NCBI GenBank assembly: GCA_965226375.1 | Contig: CBDDCX010000008.1 | Span: forward strand, 1,024,001-1,088,000 | DNA: 64,000 nucleotides | Direction of reading: 5' to 3' | Origin: Longimicrobiales bacterium | Lineage (GTDB): Bacteria; Gemmatimonadota; Gemmatimonadetes; Longimicrobiales; Gaopeijiaceae | Shown: positions 1 through 10,405 of the stretch, one piece after another | How the letters are laid out: the number at the start of each line of letters is the position of its first letter | How positions within the stretch are numbered: the stretch's first letter is position 1 | Translations under genes and position numbers: made by a program | Notes under the pieces: model-generated | Database searches by the model: none | Seen by the model: the letters and a program-made list of their open reading frames with translations, nothing else | What the model was told of the DNA's origin: nothing

Positions 1-662
1 GAGACGACCTCGTCCGCTGGTACTACCAGCGCTACATCAAGGACTACCTACGCTGCATCGCGGGGGTCGACGACAGCGTAGGACGCATCCTCGACCACCT
101 GGACGAATCCGGACTCGCCGAGGCCACCCTTGTGATCTACTGCTCGGATCAGGGCTTCTACCTGGGCGAGCACGGGTGGTACGACAAACGATGGATGTAT
201 GAGGAATCGCTGCGCATGCCCTTTGTCGCCCGCTGGCCCGGCCGGATCGAGCCGGGGACGCGCGTGCCACATATGATCCAGAACATCGACTACGCGCCCA
301 CCTTCATCGAGATGGCAGGTGAAGCTGTGCCCGAGGACATTCAGGGTGAGTCGCTGCTCGGGCTCATGAGCGGAGAGCACTCCGGCCAATGGCGCGAGTC
401 GATCTATTACCACTACTACGAGTTCCCGCAGCCTCACCGGGTCGCTCGCCACTACGGTGTGCGCACGGATCGACACAAGCTGATCTACTACTACGAGACC
501 GACGAATGGGAGCTCTTCGATCTGGTCGACGATCCAATGGAGATGACCAGCCTGTACGACGACCCTGATCGAGCCGAGCTCGTGAGCACGCTCAAGGCGG
601 AGCTGCTGCGGTTGAGAGAGTACTACGGAGATGACACGGGCCAAGCGTTCGGGGATTCATGA
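1..662 (+). CDS. Sulfatase, C-terminal part (5'-truncated by window edge)
   Basis: Frame open from base 3 (DDLVRWYYQRYIKDYLRCIAGVDDSVGRILD...SDQGFYLGEHGWYDKRWMYEESLRMPF), typical of the N-acetylglucosamine-6-sulfatase-like family; ELFDL..DP.E near the C-terminus. Confidence 0.9.
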   Translation, partial: DDLVRWYYQRYIKDYLRCIAGVDDSVGRILDHLDESGLAEATLVIYCSDQGFYLGEHGWYDKRWMYEESLRMPFVARWPGRIEPGTRVPHMIQNIDYAPTFIEMAGEAVPEDIQGESLLGLMSGEHSGQWRESIYYHYYEFPQPHRVARHYGVRTDRHKLIYYYETDEWELFDLVDDPMEMTSLYDDPDRAELVSTLKAELLRLREYYGDDTGQAFGDS

Positions 663-674
663 GCAGAGGCAGCT

Positions 675-2249
675 TCAATTCCCCGGACCCGGGTACACCC
701 TCTCCGGCTCCTGACAGGTGGGCCACGTCATGACGTCTCCCGTGCTCGCGTCTGTCGGGAATGTGTCTCTCCGGTCCCGCGAGACACGCTCCGGGTCCTC
801 CGCAGCCAGGTACGTCATCGCCGCGATCAGGGTCGCGTTGTGCCTCACTTCCTCGAAGACGAGCTTGTCTAGTGTGTCCCGGTTGGTATGCCACGTGTAG
901 GTGCGGTAGTCCCACCCTCGTCCACCGAATCGGAAAGCGGGCACGCCGTAGCAGAGGAACGAGGCGTGATCGGTGCCGCCGCTCGCGGGTGTTCCGGGGA
1001 GCGTGAGCTTGAGCGGGTCCGCCAGCTCGCTCGGCATTTGTGCGAACCAGCGAGAGAAGTGCGCGCCGGCTCCCGTCATTCCCTGCATCGAGATGTCGTT
1101 TACGAGACCCGTGCCGATGTCGAAGTTGAGCAGGACGTGGAGACCCTGGACCACGCGCTGATTGTCCTGCGCGAAGGCCCGTGACCCGTTCAGTCCCTGT
1201 TCCTCGCCACCCCAATGACCGACCAGAATGGTCCTCTTGGGCTCCGGATAGACTTCCTTGAGGATCCGCATCGCCTCGAGGATTGCGATGGTCCCGGCTC
1301 CCGTGTCCGTAGCCCCCGAGCCCCCGTCCCACGAGTCGAGATGGGCCGATAACACGACGTACTCGTCGGGGAGCGATGTACCGCGGAACTCCGCAATCGT
1401 GTTATACGCCGGGACCTCGCCGAGCATCTCCGCCTGCGCGTCCACGCGAAGGACAGGTCCCTGAGCGTTCTGGGTGAGCCGGAACAGCAGGCTGTAGTCC
1501 TCGCAGCTCAGGTCGAGCGAGGGCACCTCATCGGTTCGGGCGCCGAAAATCCGGGTGACGCCCCACCCGCCCGACCAGGTGGAGGTCAGGACACCGGCGA
1601 CTCCCCCTCGCTCGAGTGCTTGCGGGAGCGTTCTCGCGGTGTGGTCGGTTCGCTCGATGCCGGTGCGCCAGTCACTCGCCCGCTGATCCCGGGTCTCACG
1701 CATGTTCCCGTAGACACTCGAATCCGCGAACTCCTCCCAGCTTTGGTCCGGCCGGCAGGTGGTTTGAGGTGGAGAGATCAGCACGAACTTGCCCCGCGCC
1801 GTAGAGAGCCAGGTCGCGAATTCGTTCGGGTCTTGGACCGTCGGGAGCGCGACCACTTCGCCCTCTACCGGGCCTCGCGTTCCCGGGCTCCATCCGAGCA
1901 TCGTGGCTTCGAGGGTCCGTACACGAGGGCTGATGAGATCGACGTGCGTCGGGCCTCGACGCCACCCCCTCCAGGTTCCGTACTGCTCGGTCCGGGCAGG
2001 TATGCCCCATGAGGTGTAATGCGAGACCAGCCAGTCACCCGCGGCCTCGAGTTCCGGTGTTCCGGTCAGGCGGGGACCGATCGAGTCCATGAGGACCTGC
2101 GCGAACTCGTAGGCCCTCGAGCTGTCCATCCCCATGGCCCAGATGCGGCGGAGAACAGGGTCGTCCGTCGTGAAGGTCTGGGCGTTTGCGGGAGAGGTGC
2201 CCAGGGTCACGGCCAGGGCGAGGGCTGTGGCGACTCGTGGGGCGTTCAA
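675..2249 (-). CDS. Secreted M28-family metallopeptidase (carboxypeptidase Q-like)
   Basis: AHLDSWD, GATD, GGEEQGL, GGTDH and WHTNRD motifs; likely TTG start at 2249 after a GGAGG RBS; signal peptide ending ANA-Q. Confidence 0.85.
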   Translation of the reverse strand: MNAPRVATALALAVTLGTSPANAQTFTTDDPVLRRIWAMGMDSSRAYEFAQVLMDSIGPRLTGTPELEAAGDWLVSHYTSWGIPARTEQYGTWRGWRRGPTHVDLISPRVRTLEATMLGWSPGTRGPVEGEVVALPTVQDPNEFATWLSTARGKFVLISPPQTTCRPDQSWEEFADSSVYGNMRETRDQRASDWRTGIERTDHTARTLPQALERGGVAGVLTSTWSGGWGVTRIFGARTDEVPSLDLSCEDYSLLFRLTQNAQGPVLRVDAQAEMLGEVPAYNTIAEFRGTSLPDEYVVLSAHLDSWDGGSGATDTGAGTIAILEAMRILKEVYPEPKRTILVGHWGGEEQGLNGSRAFAQDNQRVVQGLHVLLNFDIGTGLVNDISMQGMTGAGAHFSRWFAQMPSELADPLKLTLPGTPASGGTDHASFLCYGVPAFRFGGRGWDYRTYTWHTNRDTLDKLVFEEVRHNATLIAAMTYLAAEDPERVSRDRRDTFPTDASTGDVMTWPTCQEPERVYPGPGN

Positions 2250-2493
2250 TGCAGTCCTCCCGGTCGGGTGACAGTGGTCGTCGAGTGTGCCAGGGAAGGT
2301 GTGGCGCCGCCGATATCGCGGCAAACGGCGGGCGACGGGGCCGTGACGGGCGGAAGGTCCCACCCCCGGTAGGTGTGTTTTCCCGGTCACTGCATCCTGC
2401 AAGCGTATGGCGATACCGCGGGCCTCGTGTATGCTGCTCGGTGACGGCGGACCAGAATCGCGGCGGCAAGCCGCTGACACCCTCAGGAGAGTC

Positions 2494-3435
2494 ATGATGA
2501 AACGCCTCGTTTGCGTCACGTTGGTTGCGCTGGGCTGGTCGGGCCTTCTGTCCGCTCAGGACGCCGCCCTTCCTCCCGTCCAGAAGGTCCCCAACTACCT
2601 ACCGCACATGACGGTGCCGGAGGTGCGAGACCTCCTGACCCGCACCGACATGGTGATTATCCCGGTCGTGTCCCTCGAACAACACGGGCTCCACCTGCCG
2701 ATTGGAACGGATTACCTGAACGGTGTCGAACGTGCGAAGCTCATCGCCCAGCGTGTCGACATCCTGGTCGCTCCCATCCTGCTTCCGGGCCAGTCGCCGT
2801 ACCACATGGGGTTCGCGGGTACGATCACTCTCCCATCCACACTCGGGCAAGAGGTGTATATCGAAGCGGCCAAGAGTCTTATGCACCATGGCTTCAAGCG
2901 CTTCCTGATACTGAATTCACACGGAGGAAATACCGCGATCACCCGGTTCATCGTCGACCGTATCAACCAAGAAACCGAAGGGATCGCGGTCGACCTGGGT
3001 GCGGTATTGGCTCCCTTTAGACCTCGCCTTCCCCCAACTGCGAGGACGGACACCGGCCCGCCGGTCCTCGACCGGCACGGTGGGACGTCCGAGACATCGA
3101 ACTCTATGCACCTCATCCCCGAGCTCGTCGACCTGGCGGCCGCGCTTCCAGCCGAGCTCACATTGCCGCCTCAGCTGGAGCGCATGCTGCCCGACGTGTT
3201 GGCCGGAGATCCCACCGCACTGGCCGTCTTTCTGGCAGAGGGCCTGAAGGATGAGGAGACAGGAAAAGGTACCTCGGCAGCGGAGATGTCGAGCACCGGC
3301 GTTTGGGGCGAGCGTGACCCGGCGGAATCAACGGCGCAGAGAGGCCGGGACGCCACCGAGTCGCTGGTCAACGCTGCCGTCGGATTCATCGAACGCTGGA
3401 ACGAGCTGCGTCCGCCCGGCACCGGAAGCCCCTAG
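2494..3435 (+). CDS. Creatininase/amidohydrolase family protein with signal peptide
   Basis: EQHGLHLPIGTD, SPYHMGF.GT, NSHGGN and HGG.SETS motifs; AGGAG RBS before ATG 2494; signal peptide ending LSA-Q. Confidence 0.85.
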   Translation: MMKRLVCVTLVALGWSGLLSAQDAALPPVQKVPNYLPHMTVPEVRDLLTRTDMVIIPVVSLEQHGLHLPIGTDYLNGVERAKLIAQRVDILVAPILLPGQSPYHMGFAGTITLPSTLGQEVYIEAAKSLMHHGFKRFLILNSHGGNTAITRFIVDRINQETEGIAVDLGAVLAPFRPRLPPTARTDTGPPVLDRHGGTSETSNSMHLIPELVDLAAALPAELTLPPQLERMLPDVLAGDPTALAVFLAEGLKDEETGKGTSAAEMSSTGVWGERDPAESTAQRGRDATESLVNAAVGFIERWNELRPPGTGSP

Positions 3436-3511
3436 CTTGCACGCCTCCTCCCGACAGACCAAGCTGGAGCCCTCAATATTCAGCCGCGGAGTCACACAAA
3501 GGTTTTAGATT

Positions 3512-4066
3512 ATGAAGAGGTCATCGCTACTGACGTTATGCGGTTTCGCCGTCGTTCCCTTCCTCACGATCCCACAGGGGGCATTAGCCCAACAAGGGGA
3601 TGATTACGATCCGGAAGCGCGTCTCGTGGAGCTCGACATCACGCTTCCTGAACCCCCCAGCCCGGTTGCCAACTACGTAAACGGTGTGCGCACCGGGAAC
3701 TTGATATTCCTGGCGGGGAAGGGGCCCAAGCGGGCGGATGGCAGTGAAATCACCGGTAAGCTGGGTGCCGGTGTGACCATCGAGCTGGGCTACGAAGGCG
3801 CACGCCTAACGGCGATCAATCAGCTCGCCGTGCTCAAGGCGATGCTGGGGAATCTGGACCGGGTTGTGCGCGTCGTGAAAGTCTTAGGCATGGTCAACTC
3901 AGACCCGTCCTTTGTGGAGCAGCCCGCGGTGATCAACGGGTTCTCGGACTTGATCGTAGAGGTCTTCGGCGAGCGAGGGCGACACGCACGCGCCGCCGTC
4001 GGTATGGCATCGTTGCCTCGCGGCCAATCCGTGGAGATCGAGATGATCGTCGAGGTGCGCGACTAG
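3512..4066 (+). CDS. RidA/YjgF family protein with N-terminal signal peptide
   Basis: PVANYV, NGFSDL..EVFGE.GRHARAAVG..SLP and VEIE motifs. Confidence 0.88.
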   Translation: MKRSSLLTLCGFAVVPFLTIPQGALAQQGDDYDPEARLVELDITLPEPPSPVANYVNGVRTGNLIFLAGKGPKRADGSEITGKLGAGVTIELGYEGARLTAINQLAVLKAMLGNLDRVVRVVKVLGMVNSDPSFVEQPAVINGFSDLIVEVFGERGRHARAAVGMASLPRGQSVEIEMIVEVRD

Positions 4067-4140
4067 GTCAGCATGATGCCCCCCGATTGAGTGTACACGG
4101 TCAGGGGCAGGACCAACGCTATAGCACACTGGAGGTTGGG

Positions 4141-4896
4141 ATGGCAGGAGTCGAGGGCCGGATCGCGCTCGTCGCGGGCGCAGGTCGAGGCATCGGGCGT
4201 GCAGTCGCCGAGCTGCTGGCGGAGCGGGGCGCCCGGGTCATGGGCATCAGCCGTAGCGAACAGGAGTTGGCCACGCTCGGTTTCGAGTACACGGTCGCGG
4301 ATCTCGGTACGCCCGAGGGCTGCGCCCTCTCCGTCGCGGAAACGGAGCGGCGCTTGGGACCGATCGAGATCCTCGTCTGCAATCACGGCATCGGCTCGGC
4401 GCACGAGCGGGTGATCTGGGAGCAGGATCCGCAGGTCTGGAGCGAGACGATAAGGATCAACCTCGACGGACCCTTCCACCTCTCGCGGTTGGTGGTGCGC
4501 GGGATGGTCGAGCGCGGCTACGGACGCCTTGTCTACACCAGTTCGACCGCCGGCCTGGTCGCCGAATACGCAGGAAGCGCCTACACGGCGGCCAAGCACG
4601 GACTGATCGGATTGATGCGAGCGGTCGCGCAGGACGCGGGCGCCCACGGTGTTACCTCGAATGCCGTGCTGCCCGGTTGGGTGCGGACCGAGATGGCCGA
4701 GCGCTCGGCCCGCGCCGATGCCGAAGAACGTGGCGTCACGACCGAGCAGGTGTGGGAGGACCGAGCGGCCCTGTATCCACCGGGCCGCGTCGCCACACCT
4801 CGAGAGGTCGCCGAGATGATCGCCTTCTTCGCGTCTGAAGAGTCGAGCGGCGTCAGCGGTGAAGCCGTTCGCGTCGCGCTCGGGAACGTTTTTTAG
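4141..4896 (+). CDS. SDR family oxidoreductase
   Basis: GAGRGIG, YTAAK and PGWVRT motifs; GGAGG RBS before ATG 4141. Confidence 0.88.
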   Translation: MAGVEGRIALVAGAGRGIGRAVAELLAERGARVMGISRSEQELATLGFEYTVADLGTPEGCALSVAETERRLGPIEILVCNHGIGSAHERVIWEQDPQVWSETIRINLDGPFHLSRLVVRGMVERGYGRLVYTSSTAGLVAEYAGSAYTAAKHGLIGLMRAVAQDAGAHGVTSNAVLPGWVRTEMAERSARADAEERGVTTEQVWEDRAALYPPGRVATPREVAEMIAFFASEESSGVSGEAVRVALGNVF

Positions 4897-4942
4897 GAGC
4901 GCTCGTGTCGTTGGATCTCTGTTAGACGTTGGCGCCGTAGTC

Positions 4943-5914
4943 CTAAACCGTCGTAGTGTGGGCCTCATACGCGAGATTGGCGATCGCAGTGTCCTGCACG
5001 CCCGTTCCGGTCAGGTCACAGACGGTGATTTCGTCATCCGTCTCACGTCCCTTCCGCGTACCGATGGCCAGTTCTCCCAACTCGATGATGTCGAGATCGG
5101 GGGGGAGTTCGCCATCCTGCAGGAGGTGCTGGATTTCCCCGTTGGCACGACATTGTGACAGGGTGTCGCAGGCCAGTTTGTCCGCCTTAAGCAACAACCC
5201 CGGATCCAGCTCCTGCTTGCCGGGAAAGTCGGCACCGACCGCAGTGATATGTAGGCCCGCATGCAGAGCGTCTGATGTGATCAGCGGCCGGTCACTGGCG
5301 GTAGTCGTAATCACGATCTGACTGGCCTCGACGACGTCATTCGGTGCATCACTGACCCGAACGTCCAGACCATGCTTCGCGGTCATCTCCGCGGCGTACG
5401 CATAAGCCTTTTCCCGCGACCGGCCCCACACCAAAACGTTCTTGAACGTTCGTAGTAACGCCAGGCATTCGACTTGGTAGCGCGCTTGCACGCCGGTGCC
5501 GACAACGCCGACGGTATCGACCACAGATGGCGCCAAGTACTTGGCGGCTACGGCTCCGGCAAGGCCGGTCCGCAAGTCGGTGAGGTAGCTGTTATCCAGC
5601 AGGATCGCTTCGCAGAAACCGGTCTCCGCCTTCAGCAACACCATCATGGCGCTGCCCGCCGGCAAACCCTTGGCCGGATTGTCGTAAAAGCCGGAAGCGA
5701 TCTTGATGGCGATATAGGGCATGCCCTTTACGTAAGCACTCTTCACATCGATGTCGCCGTTCTTGTCCTTTGCAGAGATGTGCATGATCGGCGGCATGCT
5801 GACTCGATCCTGTTGCAGCCAACTGAATGCCGCCTCTACAGCCTCGAGTGCTTCTTCATTGATGCCGACCGCCTGCCGCAATTCACTCTCATTCAGGATT
5901 CGAGCGCTCATCAT
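4943..5914 (-). CDS. Ornithine cyclodeaminase/mu-crystallin family (EutC-like)
   Basis: KIASGFYDNP, LTDLRTG.AGA, GTGVQA and DLTGTGVQD motifs. Confidence 0.88.
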   Translation of the reverse strand: MMSARILNESELRQAVGINEEALEAVEAAFSWLQQDRVSMPPIMHISAKDKNGDIDVKSAYVKGMPYIAIKIASGFYDNPAKGLPAGSAMMVLLKAETGFCEAILLDNSYLTDLRTGLAGAVAAKYLAPSVVDTVGVVGTGVQARYQVECLALLRTFKNVLVWGRSREKAYAYAAEMTAKHGLDVRVSDAPNDVVEASQIVITTTASDRPLITSDALHAGLHITAVGADFPGKQELDPGLLLKADKLACDTLSQCRANGEIQHLLQDGELPPDLDIIELGELAIGTRKGRETDDEITVCDLTGTGVQDTAIANLAYEAHTTTV

Positions 5915-6162
5915 GCCCCTCCTCGGCTAATCCAGCAGCGCAGCGCATGCGATATAATGCCGCATCGTCAATCGCGATTATCCACTAGGACCTGACCACC
6001 TTCACACCAGCGGTCTCAGGCAACTCGGGGTGGAAAATGGATTCCCCGCACGCGCTCTGGCAAGAACGGCAGATCGTCTATCCTGCACCACCTCTAGCTT
6101 TGCAGGCTTCAGAGCCACCGGATAGCTTATCTGCGGCCTTTCCATCAGCGGGGTGTTCAAGC

Positions 6163-7581
6163 ATGAGAAGCGATTTCTCGAACAGAATATGGTTCCCTTG
6201 CTTCACTCTGATCTCCTTGATCGCTGTGATCGGGGTGGTGGTATGTCCACACCCACTGCGGGCAGCCGCCACCCAAAATCCCCCACCCGAACAAGAGCTC
6301 TTCGAAACCATCGATCGAAACCGTGAGTCGCACCTCGCGTTCTTGCAGAGCCTGATACGGGCTCAGCCCGACGGAGAAGCGGCCGTTCAGGTCTTGGTCG
6401 CGGCGCGGTTCGAAGAGCTCGGTCTCGAGGTCGAGACGCAGAGCCTGATGCCCATCGGGCTGAGTCCCGCTCACGAGTTCGCTGCGGAAGAGATGATCCA
6501 GATGACCGAACGGGTCAGCGTGATGGGGCGACTGCGCGGAACGGGAGGCGGCAGGAGCATGCTGTTCTTCGGTCACCCTGACCCTGAACCCATGACCGAG
6601 GAGTCGATGGAGGGATGGGAACACGACCCGTTCGCGGCCGAGGTGGATGGTGGTCGACTCTACGGATGGGGTGTAGCGGACGATCTGGCGGGTGTGGCGA
6701 TCATGGCCGAGGCGCTCGCGGCGGTGCTCGAGACGATCGGGACCCCTCGCGGTGACATACTCCTTGCCAGCACTCCCGCAAAGCGTAACGCCCGCGGCAT
6801 CGTTGGTCTGCTGAACGAAGGATATCACGCCGACGCTTCCGTGTACTTGCATCCGGCCGAGTCGGAGAAGGGTCTGGAGGACATCAAGGCGATCACGTCG
6901 GGCATGGTAAGATTTCGAATCATCGTGAAGGGCGAGTCCCCCGACACTCCGGAGCCAGGACAGACCGCATTCAGCCACATGGCGGTCAACGCGGTCGACA
7001 AGGCCGGGGTGGTGTTAAACGCGCTCCGCGAGCTCGACGAGGACAGAGCAGGACGAGTCTTTCATCCGGCCTTGGATGCCGCGGTGGGTCGTTCGACCAA
7101 CTTGTTGGCGAGCCACGTGTCGTGCGGCGCGGCCGGTAGCACGACCAGGGTGCCGACCGAGTGCGTGATCGAAGGATCGATCACGTTTCCACCCACCGAG
7201 CTCATGCCTGATGTCCAACAGGAAATCCTGGACGCCATCGATCGGGCGGCACGGAACGACCAGTGGCTAACGCAGCATCCGCCGGCGCTCGAGTGGTTGG
7301 CCGGCACCCAAGGCGTCGAGGTGTCGGATGACCATCCTCTGTACCGGACGGTGCACGAGGCGGTTGTCGAGGTCACGGGTGTCGCGCCCGAGGTGAACCC
7401 ACTGCACTCGGGGAGTGATATCAGGAATCCGAAGCTCTTCAGCGATATTCCCTCGGTCGGCATCGGCCCCCTGGCTGGAGATCTCACTCAGGCCGGCGGA
7501 CACGACGAGTGGGTGGACGTCGAGGACTACATCCGCGCGATCAAGATCTGCGCAAAGATCATTGTCGACTGGAGCAACTGA
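6163..7581 (+). CDS. M20/ArgE-DapE family metallo-hydrolase, probably exported
   Basis: FFGHPD, LYGWGVADDLAG and GGHDEWV motifs; hydrophobic N-terminus; start approximate. Confidence 0.8.
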   Translation: MRSDFSNRIWFPCFTLISLIAVIGVVVCPHPLRAAATQNPPPEQELFETIDRNRESHLAFLQSLIRAQPDGEAAVQVLVAARFEELGLEVETQSLMPIGLSPAHEFAAEEMIQMTERVSVMGRLRGTGGGRSMLFFGHPDPEPMTEESMEGWEHDPFAAEVDGGRLYGWGVADDLAGVAIMAEALAAVLETIGTPRGDILLASTPAKRNARGIVGLLNEGYHADASVYLHPAESEKGLEDIKAITSGMVRFRIIVKGESPDTPEPGQTAFSHMAVNAVDKAGVVLNALRELDEDRAGRVFHPALDAAVGRSTNLLASHVSCGAAGSTTRVPTECVIEGSITFPPTELMPDVQQEILDAIDRAARNDQWLTQHPPALEWLAGTQGVEVSDDHPLYRTVHEAVVEVTGVAPEVNPLHSGSDIRNPKLFSDIPSVGIGPLAGDLTQAGGHDEWVDVEDYIRAIKICAKIIVDWSN

Positions 7582-8050
7582 CCGGTTCCTCCGGCCGATC
7601 CGCCGATCGGTCGAAATCACGATCGTAACCCTCTTTGCCGTGCTGACGATCGCCGTTTTCGCACAGGTCGTCGCACGGTACGTGTTCAACAAGCCCCCCA
7701 CCTGGACCGAAGAGCTCGCCCGCTTCTGCCAGGTATGGATCATCCTTCTTGGCTCCTCCATCTGTGTGCGTAAGGGCAGCCATCTGGCTGTCGACTATCT
7801 GGGGCCGTCGCTGGCACCCGGAGTGCGCAGAGCGGTTGCGGTGTTCACAGGCGGTCTGATCGCGATCTACTCGGCGGTCGTGGTGATCTGGGGTGTGCGA
7901 CTCATGATGATCGCGTGGCTGCAGACGTCTCCCGCCATGCAGCTGAACATGGGGTTGGTATACCTGGTGTTTCCCATCGCCGGCGGGCTGATGTTGCTGG
8001 AAGCGATCCTGGCAACGGAGCAACGCGCTCGAGGCGTAGAGGGCTCGTGA
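7562..8050 (+). CDS. dctQ: TRAP transporter small permease
   Basis: QVVARYVFN.P.TWTEELAR, HLAVD; four TM segments; start approximate (TTG). Confidence 0.88.
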   Translation: MSTGATDRFLRPIRRSVEITIVTLFAVLTIAVFAQVVARYVFNKPPTWTEELARFCQVWIILLGSSICVRKGSHLAVDYLGPSLAPGVRRAVAVFTGGLIAIYSAVVVIWGVRLMMIAWLQTSPAMQLNMGLVYLVFPIAGGLMLLEAILATEQRARGVEGS

Positions 8051-8081
8051 TTCTGCTGATGTCGATCAACTGGGAGGCCTC

Positions 8082-9362
8082 GTGATCCTCCTGGTACTGA
8101 CCATGTTCGCACTGATCATCATCGGCATGCCTGTAGCGTTCGCCCTCGGTGTGGGTGCACTGGGAGCGCTGCTGGCCGACCCGACCCTTCCGATCACCTT
8201 GGTTCCGCAGCGCATGTTCACCGCACTCGACTCGTGGCCGATCATGGCGGTGCCGTTGTTCATGTTGGCCGGGGGACTCATGGACAAGGGAGGTATGTCA
8301 CGGCGCATCGTGGAGTTCGCGTCCGCCTGCCTTTGCTTCGTGCGGGGCAGCCTGGGGATGGTGACGGTGATGGCCAGCATGGTGTTCGCGGGCATTTCGG
8401 GATCGTCGACAGCAGACACGGCGGCCGTGGGCTCGATCATGCTGCCGGCGATGCGGAGCAGAGGATACGACATGCGCTTTGCCGCCGCCCTTCAGGCGGC
8501 CGGGGGAGCGATCGGCCCGATCATTCCCCCGAGTATCCTGATGATCGTGATCGGATACGTAACAGGAACGTCCGTTGCCCAGTTGTTCTTGGCGGGTGTC
8601 GTGCCCGGGGTGCTGATCGGCGTCGGCCTCATGGTGGTGGCCTATCGGCAGGCGCTCAGGGAGGGGCCGGACTTCGATGCGCCCGTGCCGTTCGATATGC
8701 GTAGGGCGATGGACGCGGGTGTGCAGGCGCTCCCGGCGTTGGGGCTACCGGTGCTTATCGTGTTCGGGATACTGGGCGGGATATTCACGGCGACCGAGGC
8801 AGCTGCCGCAGCGGTCGTTTACGGTCTCGTGGTAGGGCTCTTTCTCTACCGTGAGATCAGGTTGCGAGACCTTCCGTCGATCGCCTTGGAGGCCGCCGAG
8901 ACATCGAGCATGGTGCTGTTCATTGCGGCCACCGCGATGCTGTTCGCATGGCTGGTGGCGTCGCATCAGGTGCCTCAGGCGCTGGGGGCGTTTCTGCAGG
9001 CCCACATCAGCGACCGCGTCGTCTTCTTGGTCTTCCTGAATCTGGTATTGCTCCTGTTGGGGATGTTTCTCGAGAGCTTCTCCGCGGTGATCGTGTTCGT
9101 GCCGATCTTGTTTCCCTTGGCCCTCGATTTCGGTATCGACCCGCTCCACTTCGGGATTCTCACCACTGTGAACCTGGCCATCGGGTACATCACGCCGCCT
9201 TATGGAGCCACCTTGTTCGTCGCCTGCGGCATCTCAGGGGAGAGCGTGCGAGCCGTGAGCGCGAGGGTCGTGCCGATCTTGATCGCCATGCTCTTGGTGC
9301 TGGTCCTCGTCACCTACTGGCCCAACACGGTGCTGTGGCTGCCACGGCTGGCTGCTCAGTGA
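8082..9362 (+). CDS. dctM: TRAP transporter large permease
   Basis: AVPLFMLAG, ISGSSTAD, IIPPSI, FTATEA, ITPPYG motifs. Confidence 0.93.
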   Translation: MILLVLTMFALIIIGMPVAFALGVGALGALLADPTLPITLVPQRMFTALDSWPIMAVPLFMLAGGLMDKGGMSRRIVEFASACLCFVRGSLGMVTVMASMVFAGISGSSTADTAAVGSIMLPAMRSRGYDMRFAAALQAAGGAIGPIIPPSILMIVIGYVTGTSVAQLFLAGVVPGVLIGVGLMVVAYRQALREGPDFDAPVPFDMRRAMDAGVQALPALGLPVLIVFGILGGIFTATEAAAAAVVYGLVVGLFLYREIRLRDLPSIALEAAETSSMVLFIAATAMLFAWLVASHQVPQALGAFLQAHISDRVVFLVFLNLVLLLLGMFLESFSAVIVFVPILFPLALDFGIDPLHFGILTTVNLAIGYITPPYGATLFVACGISGESVRAVSARVVPILIAMLLVLVLVTYWPNTVLWLPRLAAQ

Positions 9363-10405
9363 ACCGCCGGATTGGTCGGTTTGGTCGCCGGGGCGTGGCG
9401 CCTCACCGCACGGTTTGCGGTCGAGCCCTCGTCGCGGGGCTTTCGCTGCTGTTGGCAGCGTGTGGCTCGGGCGAGCGCGTCACCATCCTGAAAGCCGCAC
9501 TCTCCCAGAACCCCTCCGAGCCGCAGGTTCGCGCGGTCGAGCTCTTCGCGGAGCTGGTCTCCGAAGGCACGGAAGGCCGCATTCGCGTCCAGATCTACCC
9601 CAACAACCAGTTGGGTAATCAGCGCGACGTGGTCGAAGGATTGCAGATGGGCAGTGTCGAGTTGGCCAACATTGCGAGTGTGATGGCCAGCTTCGTGCCT
9701 GAGACAAACCTCTTCGAGTTACCGTTCCTGTTTGAAGGTCCGGAGCACTTCGATGCGGTGATGGACTCAGAGATAGGGCAGGGACTCGCGCCCGCGTTCG
9801 AACGCCGCGGGCTGCACCTGCTGGGGTACTTCGACGTGGGTGAGCGCCACATCATGACCACCGAGCGCCCGGTCGAGCGCCTCGAAGACTTGAGCGGGCT
9901 CAAGATTCGCACGATGGAGAACCGGTTGCACCTGGCCACCTTCAAGGCGTTCGGGGCGAATCCGCTGCCGATGGCGTACGGAGAGCTGTACACGGCGTTG
10001 GAGCAGGGTGTCATCGATGGCGCGGAGGCGGCGGACCCAAACTACTATGCCAAACGATTCTACGAGCCGGCCCCGTACTGGGTGCGAGTCGGTTGGATCC
10101 GGTTGATCGAGTATGTGGTGATGAGTGGCTCGTTCTACGAGGACCTTTCCGTGGATGACCGTGCGGTGATCGACCGGGCGGCCGGGATCATGATCGTGGA
10201 GCAGAGGGCCTGGTACCGGGCGGAGGCCGATGCCGCCCTCGAGCGGCTGCGGGAGGCGGGTGTGAGGATCAGCAGTCCTGACAGGGAGCCCTTCCGAGCG
10301 GCGGCGCGCCGTGTATATGAAGAGTGGGCCGATCGAGTGGGTGGAATGGAGAGGATCGAAGCGATCCTTGACGCGGGTTCGACAGATTTCCAGAGGATTC
10401 GTTAA
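9359..10405 (+). CDS. dctP: TRAP substrate-binding lipoprotein
   Basis: GTG overlaps the dctM stop; lipobox [32 protein letters not shown]. Confidence 0.9.
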   Translation: MNRRIGRFGRRGVAPHRTVCGRALVAGLSLLLAACGSGERVTILKAALSQNPSEPQVRAVELFAELVSEGTEGRIRVQIYPNNQLGNQRDVVEGLQMGSVELANIASVMASFVPETNLFELPFLFEGPEHFDAVMDSEIGQGLAPAFERRGLHLLGYFDVGERHIMTTERPVERLEDLSGLKIRTMENRLHLATFKAFGANPLPMAYGELYTALEQGVIDGAEAADPNYYAKRFYEPAPYWVRVGWIRLIEYVVMSGSFYEDLSVDDRAVIDRAAGIMIVEQRAWYRAEADAALERLREAGVRISSPDREPFRAAARRVYEEWADRVGGMERIEAILDAGSTDFQRIR

